From Clostridia bacterium (lineage in GTDB: Bacteria; Bacillota; Clostridia; Ch29), in NCBI GenBank assembly GCA_035655175.1, contig DASRVG010000067.1, positions 1 to 34,551 on the forward strand: a stretch of DNA of 34,551 nt, written 5' to 3'. The translations under genes and the position numbers were made by a program. This document shows, in pieces, positions 19,266-26,567 of this stretch; positions within the stretch are counted from its first letter, which is position 1, and each line of letters begins with the position of its first letter. The notes under the pieces are model-generated. The model had not been told where the DNA came from. It made no database searches and saw only the letters and a program-made list of their open reading frames with translations.

Positions 19266-20473
19266 TAATTCAATACATCCATCATTTCCAGCCGGTCGAG
19301 AAGCGCCCGGACAAGCAGGTCTCCGTCGCTCCACGGCCCGATAAACACGGTATCCACGTGCTGCGGCAGGTCCATGCCCTCAATAATACCGGGCAGCAGC
19401 CGTTCGGATTCAACCCCCGGGCTCTCAAAACCGGCTGCCACGATTACCAGCTTGCTTATACCGGAATCAACCAGGTAGTCTACCGCTTCCTCTATCCCAG
19501 GCTTCCTGCCGCCCAAATAAGCGACCCTTATTTTCCTGCTCTCGTACCCGTTTTTCATAATGCTTTCCTTTATCTTATCGAAAAACACCCGCTCCCGGTT
19601 AACCGCCTGGGGGTATTTATCCCGAACCTTTCTGCCGCTTCCCTTGCCCACCAGTACGACCCCCACCTGCTCCGGGCTTATTTCCTGGGTTTTTTCCAGG
19701 ATGCCCTGTTCATAATAGGAAACCAATGCGTCATGGTTCCAAAGGGGGAAGGTGAAAAGCACCTCGGCATCCACGCCGCTCTTTTCTATTATATTTAGTA
19801 TCTTCGTGTCAATCACTTCCTTGTAGGGCTGTTCCACCAACAGGTTGTTAAGGACCACAATCCTCTTGTACCCATCGTTCAAAATACTCTCCACCGCTGT
19901 TTCAATAAAGGGGGGCCCAAACAGGTTGGCGCTGTAAAGCCCAAGTTCTTCTCCCAGCTCCTCTTTTAGTTTGTCGTAAAGGTTTTGACCGGCCAGTATA
20001 CAGGTGTCCCTGTCCATTCCCTTCAGGTTCCTTTTTAGCTGAAAAGCCTTAAAGGGCGTATTCCACCACCGGACGTTCTCAAGTCCCACCTCCCGCTTTA
20101 TTGCCAGCCGGTATAAAGCGCTCCGGCTGCCGTACTCGGTCATTTCTCCCGGTGAAAGGAGCAGAATAGCCGGCTCCTCTTGCGGTTCCGCCGGGTTTAT
20201 ATCCCCCGTTTTTGCCCTGCCCAGGAAGGCACACACAAAAATGCAGCACAAAAGGTACCCCAGTAACAATACCGCCAGGAATACCAGTACCGCCTGCAGT
20301 TTTTTCCTGCGTATTTTTATAAGAAATACCAAAACAATAAGGGATATGCATAAAAGCACTATGGTAACCATCTGCCAAGCCCCGTGAAGTATCATGGACG
20401 CAGCAATCAGGATGCCTGTAATAAATCCGAGCAGTATCAGCCATAGGGATTCGTATCCCAAACCAAATTTCAC
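19265..20473 (-). CDS. Membrane-anchored ferrochelatase/CbiX-fold (class II chelatase-like) protein of uncertain function
   Basis: About 85 aa with three predicted TM helices, then about 310 aa that align by eye with B. subtilis HemH segments (FGPPFIETAVESILNDGYKRIVVL vs IEPFIEDAVAEMHKDGITEAVSIVL; VIVAAGFESPGVE vs VYVPVGFVADHLE). GTG start is preceded by GGAAGGAGGGG. No search was run. Confidence 0.45.
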   Translation of the reverse strand: MKFGLGYESLWLILLGFITGILIAASMILHGAWQMVTIVLLCISLIVLVFLIKIRRKKLQAVLVFLAVLLLGYLLCCIFVCAFLGRAKTGDINPAEPQEEPAILLLSPGEMTEYGSRSALYRLAIKREVGLENVRWWNTPFKAFQLKRNLKGMDRDTCILAGQNLYDKLKEELGEELGLYSANLFGPPFIETAVESILNDGYKRIVVLNNLLVEQPYKEVIDTKILNIIEKSGVDAEVLFTFPLWNHDALVSYYEQGILEKTQEISPEQVGVVLVGKGSGRKVRDKYPQAVNRERVFFDKIKESIMKNGYESRKIRVAYLGGRKPGIEEAVDYLVDSGISKLVIVAAGFESPGVESERLLPGIIEGMDLPQHVDTVFIGPWSDGDLLVRALLDRLEMMDVLN

Positions 20474-20525
20474 AAAATCCCCTCCTTCCTAATAATCTTT
20501 ATGCTTGCGCGTCCCGATAAATAAC

Positions 20526-20557
20526 ACAAAAAAATAAAGCCCGGAACCAATCCGGGC
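20526..20557 (-). terminator. Rho-independent terminator downstream of pduL
   Basis: GCCCGGA-accaa-TCCGGGC hairpin (20539-20557). On the minus strand it is followed by TTATTTTTTTGTG. There is also a T-rich run on the plus side, so it looks bidirectional. Confidence 0.75.
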
Positions 20558-20588
20558 CTTATTTTGTAAAATTCTTATTTTTCATGGG

Positions 20589-21167
20589 TTAATCGATTAT
20601 GACTTCCACCATGTCTCCGTTCCCGACGCCCGCCGCATTGCCCTCTTCGGTGTCCAAATGCATATCCAGCGCAAAAGTGGGGGAAACCCTGATAAGTACG
20701 TTTTCGAACACGAGACCCCTCATGCCTTCCACTCTTACTTTGACCCTCTGGAAGTCTTCAACGCCAAAGGCCTTTGCATCGTCGGGGTGCATATGGATGT
20801 GCCTTGCCGCAATTATCACACCGTAATCCAGGTCCACTTCACCTTTGGGACCCACGATCTTTACCCCGGGCGTGCCCTCAAGGTCCCCGGAATCCCTGAC
20901 CGGGACCTTCAGGCCCAGCTTATAGGCGTCGGCCGCCAATACCTCAATCTGGGTTTCCTTCCTCACCGGGCCGAGGATTCTAACTCCTTTAAGGGTACCC
21001 TTGGGCCCAACAATATCCACCTTTTCTTCGCAGGCGTACTGTCCGGGCTGGGACAAAACTTTGAACTCGGTCAGTTCATAGCCAGGCCCGAAAAGTTTCT
21101 CAAGATGTTCCTTGGACACATGCAAATGCCTGTTGGAAAGTCCAATGGGTACTTTTTTCACAGCCAT
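20589..21167 (-). CDS. pduL: Phosphate propanoyl/acetyl-transferase PduL (PF06130-type phosphotransacylase)
   Basis: ..VPIGLSNRHLHVSKEHLEKLFG.. and the second-repeat ..IIAARHIHMHPDDAKAFG.. are the duplicated PduL signature. 192 aa; RBS AAGGAGGAG. Confidence 0.88.
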   Translation of the reverse strand: MAVKKVPIGLSNRHLHVSKEHLEKLFGPGYELTEFKVLSQPGQYACEEKVDIVGPKGTLKGVRILGPVRKETQIEVLAADAYKLGLKVPVRDSGDLEGTPGVKIVGPKGEVDLDYGVIIAARHIHMHPDDAKAFGVEDFQRVKVRVEGMRGLVFENVLIRVSPTFALDMHLDTEEGNAAGVGNGDMVEVIID

Positions 21168-21238
21168 GTGTTCTCCTCCTTACTCTTCTTATTATCCTTA
21201 AACAATCTTAAAAGACCGTTCATGGAACTATATTTTAT

Positions 21239-21268
21239 ATTTTACCAGATGGTATCATGCATTGCCAA
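21239..21268 (-). promoter_or_regulatory. Candidate sigma-A promoter for pduL
   Basis: The minus strand reads TTGGCA-18 nt-TAAAAT about 70 nt upstream of the pduL ATG. It is overlapped by a 7-bp inverted repeat, AGATGGT (21247-21253) / ACCATCT (21268-21274). Confidence 0.4.
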
Positions 21269-21292
21269 CCATCTTGTCGGTAGAAAATAGAA

Positions 21293-21312
21293 ATTCGGGT
21301 TTTTGACACTTG
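21293..21312 (+). repeat. Left terminal inverted repeat of the IS
   Basis: ATTCGGGTTTTTGACACTTG matches the reverse complement of 23238-23257 (ATTCCCGTTTTTAACAGTTG) at 16/20. A second register also aligns: TTTTTGACACTTGTATA vs the reverse complement of 23256-23272, TTCTTGACACATATATT (13/17). Confidence 0.6.
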
Positions 21313-21391
21313 TATAAATAGTAGAATCTCTAGGAGCCTTGAAAACAGGGCTTTTTTTATTAAAAAAATGTCAAATTTGCCACTTTTAATA

Positions 21392-21420
21392 TTGCGTAAT
21401 ATTGGGTAATGTGTTATAAT
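21392..21420 (+). promoter_or_regulatory. Candidate transposase promoter with extended -10
   Basis: TTGCGT (21392-21397), a 17-nt spacer, then TGTTATAAT (TGn-TATAAT; TATAAT at 21415-21420). It lies 25 nt upstream of the ATG at 21445. Confidence 0.5.
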
Positions 21421-21444
21421 ATAAGGGATTGGAGGGGGTTAAAT

Positions 21445-23157
21445 ATGAGGTTGTCTATCTCAAAATCAAAAAATTCCACATCCCTTTACATTATTAAATC
21501 AACTTATGAGAATGGTGTGCGCTCATCAAAGGTTGTTGAAAAACTCGGCACTGTTAAGGATTTAAGTAAAAAGTTAAACGGGCAGGACCCAATTGAATGG
21601 GCAAAAAAATATATCGAAGAACTTAACAAAAAAGAAGAGGATGAAAACCGCGAAATCATCGTAAAATATTCTCCATCCAAGGTAATTGTAAAAGGCGAGC
21701 AGCGTTCCTTTAACGGAGGCTACCTTTTTCTACAACAGATATACCATGAACTTAAGCTTAATAAGATTTGTGCACAAATATCCCGGAAATATAAATTCAC
21801 ATTCGATATTAACTCAATACTTTCAAGGCTGCTTTATGCAAGGATTATCTACCCTTCTTCAAAACTTGCAACGTTTCAGCTTTCATCGAAGTTCATTGAA
21901 CAGCCTAATTTTGAGCTCCAGCATATATACAGGGCACTTGAAGTCATCGCAAAGGAAACCGACTTAATACAGTCTTCTTTATACAATAACAGTTTGAAGC
22001 TTTCAAAACGAAATACAGGTGTACTTTACTACGATTGCACTAATTACTTCTTTGAAATAGAGCAAGAGGATGGGCTCAAACAGTATGGCCCTTCAAAAGA
22101 ACACAAGCCAAACCCTATCGTACAGATGGGACTATTTATGGACGGTGATGGTGTACCCCTTGCTTTTAGCATTAACAAGGGAAATACCAATGAACAATTG
22201 ACGTTAAGGCCCCTGGAAGAAAAAATCCTATCCGACTTTTATCTTTCCAAGTTTGTTGTATGTACTGATGCGGGACTTGCGTCCAATAGCAACAGACAAT
22301 TTAATAACAAGGGTGAACGGGCATTTATTACAACACAGTCTCTTAAAAAGCTGAAATCACACCTGAAAAAATGGGCCCTTAACCCAAAAGGTTGGAACTT
22401 AAGTGATGACGGCAAAACCTATGACATCACCAAACTTGATGAAACCGATGATAGGGACAGGGTGTTTCATAAGGAACGCTGGATAAAAGAAAATGGACTG
22501 GAACAAAGAATCATTGTTACATACTCTATTAAATACCGTGATTATCAGAGGAATATCCGAAACTCCCAGGTAGAACGGGCACGAAAAGCAATTGATTCCA
22601 ATTCCATAAAGCTAAAAAAAAGTAGCCCTAACGATTACAAAAGGTTTGTTGAAAATAGCCACTATACCGCTGATGGAGAGGTTGCTGAACATGAAATATA
22701 TAGTATCGACACTGGGCTTATTGCAAAAGAAGAGGTATTTGATGGTTTCTATGCTGTATGTACAAATCTTGAAGATGACGTTTCTGTGATTATCAGTGTA
22801 AACAAAAGGCGCTGGGAAATCGAAGAGTGTTTTCGTATTATGAAAAGCGAATTCAAAGCCAGGCCGGTATACCTAAGCCGGGATGATAGGATAATAGCCC
22901 ATTTCACGACCTGCTTTATTTCCTTAGTTATCTACAGGCTCCTAGAAAAGAAGCTAAACAGTAAATATACATGCCAGGAGATCATGGACGGGTTAAGGGA
23001 TATGAATTTTTTTAAGATAAAAGGTGAGGGCTACGTACCTGCTTATACCAGGACTGATTTCACTGACGATTTACATGAGGCATTCGGCTTTCGTACTGAC
23101 TATCAGATTGTCAGTACAGGCAAAATGAGAAAAATTTTAAAAAGTACAAAATCATAA
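21445..23157 (+). CDS. IS1634-family DDE transposase
   Basis: The N-terminus MRLSISKSKNSTSLYIIKSTYENGVRSSKVVEKLGT is typical of Firmicutes IS1634-family transposases. DDE candidates are in LYYDCTNYF, VVCTDAGLAS and RRWEIEECFRIMKSEFK (R-3-E-6-K signature). The ATG at 21445 is preceded by GGAGGGGG. There are no internal stops. Confidence 0.88.
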   Translation: MRLSISKSKNSTSLYIIKSTYENGVRSSKVVEKLGTVKDLSKKLNGQDPIEWAKKYIEELNKKEEDENREIIVKYSPSKVIVKGEQRSFNGGYLFLQQIYHELKLNKICAQISRKYKFTFDINSILSRLLYARIIYPSSKLATFQLSSKFIEQPNFELQHIYRALEVIAKETDLIQSSLYNNSLKLSKRNTGVLYYDCTNYFFEIEQEDGLKQYGPSKEHKPNPIVQMGLFMDGDGVPLAFSINKGNTNEQLTLRPLEEKILSDFYLSKFVVCTDAGLASNSNRQFNNKGERAFITTQSLKKLKSHLKKWALNPKGWNLSDDGKTYDITKLDETDDRDRVFHKERWIKENGLEQRIIVTYSIKYRDYQRNIRNSQVERARKAIDSNSIKLKKSSPNDYKRFVENSHYTADGEVAEHEIYSIDTGLIAKEEVFDGFYAVCTNLEDDVSVIISVNKRRWEIEECFRIMKSEFKARPVYLSRDDRIIAHFTTCFISLVIYRLLEKKLNSKYTCQEIMDGLRDMNFFKIKGEGYVPAYTRTDFTDDLHEAFGFRTDYQIVSTGKMRKILKSTKS

Positions 23158-23237
23158 ATGCATTACTCACTTTTTAACCAGCCAACTAAAGCTTGGAAGC
23201 CTCTATTATCAAGGGTTCCCAAGCTTTCTCTCCTCTT

Positions 23238-23257
23238 CAACTGTTAAAAACGGGAAT
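23238..23257 (-). repeat. Right terminal inverted repeat of the IS
   Basis: Partner of 21293-21312 (16/20). The right end carries the TTTT(G/A)ACA(C/G) core twice, at 23241-23250 and 23261-23270. Confidence 0.6.
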
Positions 23258-23279
23258 ATATGTGTCAAGAAAATGAAAT

Positions 23280-23530
23280 TGTGGATAATGTGAAATTTAG
23301 GGTTATTTTTTGTGGATATGTTGCCGATAATTATTGATAACACCGGGATTATTTGTTATCATAAAATGGCATCTTATGATAGCCATGACAATTTGTTCAT
23401 CCGCTAAACCTTTGATATATAAATAAACGGCAGGCATCTTACGGATGCTTGTAACTGCGATTATATATTATATTAGTTACCCGGGGAATCAAAATTATTC
23501 CTGAATCAATGTGGATATTTGTGTGGACAA
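23280..23530. other. oriC part 1: DnaA-box cluster upstream of dnaA (also likely the dnaA autoregulatory region)
   Basis: TGTGGATAA at 23280-23288 is a perfect complement of TTATCCACA. TGTGGATAT at 23311-23319, TGTGGATAT at 23510-23518 and TGTGGACAA at 23522-23530 each match 8/9. All four are in the same orientation. The last two lie just upstream of the dnaA RBS AAGGAGG. Confidence 0.8.
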
Positions 23531-23551
23531 CCTATATAAGGAGGATATATA

Positions 23552-24895
23552 ATGCAAAACGATACGGCATCCATTTGGGAAAACACCCTGAAGCTTATAA
23601 GAGAAGAACTAGCAGAAGTCAGTTACAATACTTGGTTTAAAGTCATCCAGCCGGTTGAAATCGCTGATGAATACATAATACTTTGCGCACCCAACGAGTT
23701 TATCAAAAACATACTGGAAACCCGGTACATAACCCTTACTTTTAATGCGCTGCAGCAGGTTACTTCAAGGGAATACGAAATAAGGATTATACTGCCCGAG
23801 GAAAAGTTATCCGGGGCTGTAGGCCGCAGCAGCCAAGTTCAAGGCAGCAAGGGGGATAGCTCCGATTCCGATATAGGTATCTTAAACCCCAAGTATACCT
23901 TTGACACCTTTGTCATCGGGAACAGCAACCGGTTTGCCCATGCAGCCTCGCTGGCAGTGTCCGAAGCCCCCGCGAAGGCTTACAATCCCCTTTTTATATA
24001 CGGCGGGGTGGGGCTTGGCAAGACTCACCTTATGCACGCCATAGGCCACTATATACTAAGAAACAACCCCAGGACAAGGGTTGTATATACTACGTCGGAA
24101 AAGTTTACAAACGACCTTATTAATTCCATAAGGGATGACAAGAACGTGGAATTCAGGAACAGGTACAGGACTACCGATGTTCTCCTTGTGGACGATATCC
24201 AGTTCATAGCGGACAAGGAAAGAACCCAGGAGGAGTTTTTCCATACCTTTAATTCGCTTTACGAAGCCAGCAAGCAGATAATAATATCCAGTGACCGTCC
24301 TCCGAAGGAAATCCCAACCCTTGAGGACAGGCTTAGGTCCCGTTTTGAATGGGGGCTTATATGCGATATTCAGCCCCCCGACTTCGAGACCCGAATCGCT
24401 ATATTAAAGAAAAAAGCAAAGCTGGAAAACATCGAAACCCCCGACGAGGTCCTGATCTTTATAGCCAAAAAAATAGAATCAAACATCAGGGAGCTTGAGG
24501 GAGCCCTTATAAGGGTCGCCGCCTATTCTTCCCTTACCAACAGGGAAATAAACATGGAACTCACTCAGGAAGCCCTTAAGGACTTCTTTTCGAACTCAAA
24601 ACCAAGGATGATAACGGTGGACCTTATAAAAAGGGTAATATCCGAGTATTATTCCATTAAAATCGAAGACTTTAAATCCAAGAAACGTACCCGGGCAATT
24701 GCATTTCCCAGGCAGGTGGCAATGTACCTGACCAGGGAACTCACCGACCTTTCGCTGCCCAAGATTGGGGAGGAATTCGGCGGTAGGGACCATACGACGG
24801 TGCTGCATGCCTATGAAAAGATTTCGACCGAAATTAAAACCGATGAATCGCTGAAGCTGGCCATTGATGAGATTCAAAAAAGGCTGTACGGTTGA
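23552..24895 (+). CDS. dnaA: Chromosomal replication initiator protein DnaA
   Basis: Walker [11 protein letters not shown], Walker B LLVDDIQF, and the domain IV segment ..[12 protein letters not shown]... 447 aa. Confidence 0.97.
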   Translation: MQNDTASIWENTLKLIREELAEVSYNTWFKVIQPVEIADEYIILCAPNEFIKNILETRYITLTFNALQQVTSREYEIRIILPEEKLSGAVGRSSQVQGSKGDSSDSDIGILNPKYTFDTFVIGNSNRFAHAASLAVSEAPAKAYNPLFIYGGVGLGKTHLMHAIGHYILRNNPRTRVVYTTSEKFTNDLINSIRDDKNVEFRNRYRTTDVLLVDDIQFIADKERTQEEFFHTFNSLYEASKQIIISSDRPPKEIPTLEDRLRSRFEWGLICDIQPPDFETRIAILKKKAKLENIETPDEVLIFIAKKIESNIRELEGALIRVAAYSSLTNREINMELTQEALKDFFSNSKPRMITVDLIKRVISEYYSIKIEDFKSKKRTRAIAFPRQVAMYLTRELTDLSLPKIGEEFGGRDHTTVLHAYEKISTEIKTDESLKLAIDEIQKRLYG

Positions 24896-24976
24896 CGCCT
24901 TTTTTTGAGGATAACCGGTTGATATCCTGTTGAATATTTTTCATAGCAATAATTCGAACGGAACAAATGGGGACAG

Positions 24977-25139
24977 TGTGGAAAACAATCCACCGTTTAA
25001 TAACATTCCTTCAACAGGACTGTGCGGCTGTACCGATGTTGTTGGCACCCTTTTCCACATATCAACAACCCCTACTACTATTACTACTAATATGATTTAT
25101 ATTTTTATATAAAAAAATTGGCTTTGGAGGTTATCCACA
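24977..25139. other. oriC part 2: DnaA boxes, GC cluster, DnaA-trios and AT-rich DNA unwinding element
   Basis: TGTGGAAAA at 24977-24985; TTTTCCACA at 25051-25059; ATATCAACA (7/9) at 25059-25067; CCCC at 25069-25072. CTA CTA CTA TTA CTA CTA follows at 25072-25089, which gives 5'-TAG-3' repeats on the bottom strand. Then come 30 nt with a single G (25090-25119) and a perfect TTATCCACA at 25131-25139. Confidence 0.8.
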
Positions 25140-26242
25140 TGAAAATCGTATGCAGCAAAGACCAACTGCTGGAAGGTATACTAACCACCCAAAAGGCTGT
25201 ACCCCCCAGGACCACCTTACCCATATTGCAGGGTATACTATTCGACTGCAGGAACAATTCCTTGTATATAAGGGCCACCGACCTGGAAATAGGAATTGAG
25301 TGCCGGGTGGAGGCTGAGATTGTTGAAAAGGGTTGGGTTGTGCTGGATTCAAGGCTGTTGGGGGAAATAGTTAGGAAACTTCCCCCGGACGAGGTAGAAA
25401 TCACCGTGGACGAAGGCAATATTGCCGAAATAAAGTGTGCAAATTCCCGCTTTCGACTTCAGGGACAAAGCGGTGAAGAGTTCCCGCAGCTGCCGCAGGT
25501 GGACGGAGAAAAAAGCCTTTCAATGCCCCAAGACCTTTTGAAGAGCATGATAAGACAGGTGGTGTTTGCCTGTGCCGTGGAAGAAACAAGGCCCATTCTG
25601 ACAGGAGCCCTTATAGAGTGCTCAAGAGGCGAATTAAGCATGGCCGCCCTGGATGGATTCAGGCTGGCGGTAAGAACTGCAAGGCTTGATTCCCTAAGCG
25701 ATGATATTACGGCGGTGGTGCCTGCAAAAACTTTAAATGAAATACAGAGAATACTGAGGGACACCCAGGACAATGTCAAGATAGAGTTTACAGGCAGCCA
25801 TGTATTATTCGGGCTGGAAAACACCAGGGTCATTTCAAGGGTGCTGGAGGGAGAATTCATAAACTATCGACAGATTATCCCCGATGAATACGGTACCAGT
25901 ATCAGGTTAAAGAACATAGACCTATTGGAAAGCTGTGAAAGGGCATCTCTGCTGGCCAGGGAGGGAAGGAACAACCTCATTAAACTGAATATAGCCAAGG
26001 ATATCCTGGAGATAACATCCAACGCAGAAATAGGCGAGGTGCGGGAGGAGCTGGCGGTAGAAACCGAAGGCAAGGACCTGGAGATAGCCTTTAATTCAAA
26101 ATACCTTACCGATGCTCTTAAAGTGATAGAGGACGAGTACGTAAATATAGAGTTTACCACAAGCGTCAGCCCGTGTATTATTAAACCGGAGGGAAGCGAA
26201 GCCTACACGTACTTGCTGCTGCCGGTCAGGGTGCTGTCCTAA
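25139..26242 (+). CDS. dnaN: DNA polymerase III beta sliding clamp DnaN
   Basis: MKIVCSKDQLLEGI.. is a typical DnaN start. The ATG at 25139 has GGAGG nine nt upstream. The ORF-track start at 25118 lies inside the AT-rich DUE. 367 aa. Confidence 0.95.
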   Translation: MKIVCSKDQLLEGILTTQKAVPPRTTLPILQGILFDCRNNSLYIRATDLEIGIECRVEAEIVEKGWVVLDSRLLGEIVRKLPPDEVEITVDEGNIAEIKCANSRFRLQGQSGEEFPQLPQVDGEKSLSMPQDLLKSMIRQVVFACAVEETRPILTGALIECSRGELSMAALDGFRLAVRTARLDSLSDDITAVVPAKTLNEIQRILRDTQDNVKIEFTGSHVLFGLENTRVISRVLEGEFINYRQIIPDEYGTSIRLKNIDLLESCERASLLAREGRNNLIKLNIAKDILEITSNAEIGEVREELAVETEGKDLEIAFNSKYLTDALKVIEDEYVNIEFTTSVSPCIIKPEGSEAYTYLLLPVRVLS

Positions 26243-26316
26243 ATAATAAGCGTTTACAAAGTTGAAGGGGATACGCATTTCGTGAGGGAGTCCAAACATG
26301 TACTGGAGCCGTGGAT

Positions 26317-26535
26317 ATGAAAAAAGCCTTTATTAGCGGTGAATATATAACCCTAGGTCAACTTTTGAAGCTGTCTGGCGCTGCCCAAACGGGAGGCCAG
26401 GCAAAATTTATGATTGCCGACGGAAGGGTAAGGGTTAACGGCAGCGTTGTCCTTCAGAGGGGCAAAAAGGTCTTTCCCGGCGATATCGTGGATATAGACG
26501 GAAAGACCTTTATAGAGGTGGATAAGGAAGAATAG
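26317..26535 (+). CDS. yaaA: S4-domain RNA-binding protein YaaA
   Basis: About 72 aa; ..ITLGQLLKLSGAAQTGGQAKFMI..GRVRVNG.. The position between dnaN and recF is conserved in Firmicutes. I prefer the ATG at 26317 over the GTG at 26311. Confidence 0.8.
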   Translation: MKKAFISGEYITLGQLLKLSGAAQTGGQAKFMIADGRVRVNGSVVLQRGKKVFPGDIVDIDGKTFIEVDKEE

Positions 26536-26567
26536 GCCAGTATACCTTACTGATTGGAGTGGACAGG

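Larger units (their letters stand above)
21293..23267 (+). mobile_element. IS1634-family (IS4-related) insertion sequence, apparently intact; ends uncertain by about 10 bp
   Basis: A single long DDE transposase ORF with its own promoter. There are imperfect terminal inverted repeats (see repeat features), a flanking near-direct repeat, and visibly more AT-rich composition than the flanks (not computed). Confidence 0.8.

Noticed and set aside
17826-19334. The ORF-track 502-aa version of the first M16 gene, starting at 19334.
   Set aside because: The extra 71 codons run through a terminator hairpin (19243-19265) and overlap the stop of the upstream gene. The ATG at 19121 has a strong AAGGAGGG RBS, and the M16-like sequence begins there.
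24896-24940. Possible dnaA terminator: AAAAAAGGC...GCCTTTTTTT, and the AGGATA-N9-TATCCT hairpin just after the dnaA stop.
   Set aside because: The stems are short and AT-rich with long loops. dnaA-dnaN are normally co-transcribed, and the region is part of oriC. The evidence is not strong enough to call.
24930-25112. 60-aa ORF in the dnaA-dnaN spacer.
   Set aside because: It spans the DnaA boxes, GC cluster and trio repeats (the ..TTPTTITTNM.. stretch is just the CTA repeats translated). It has no RBS. The region is better explained as oriC.
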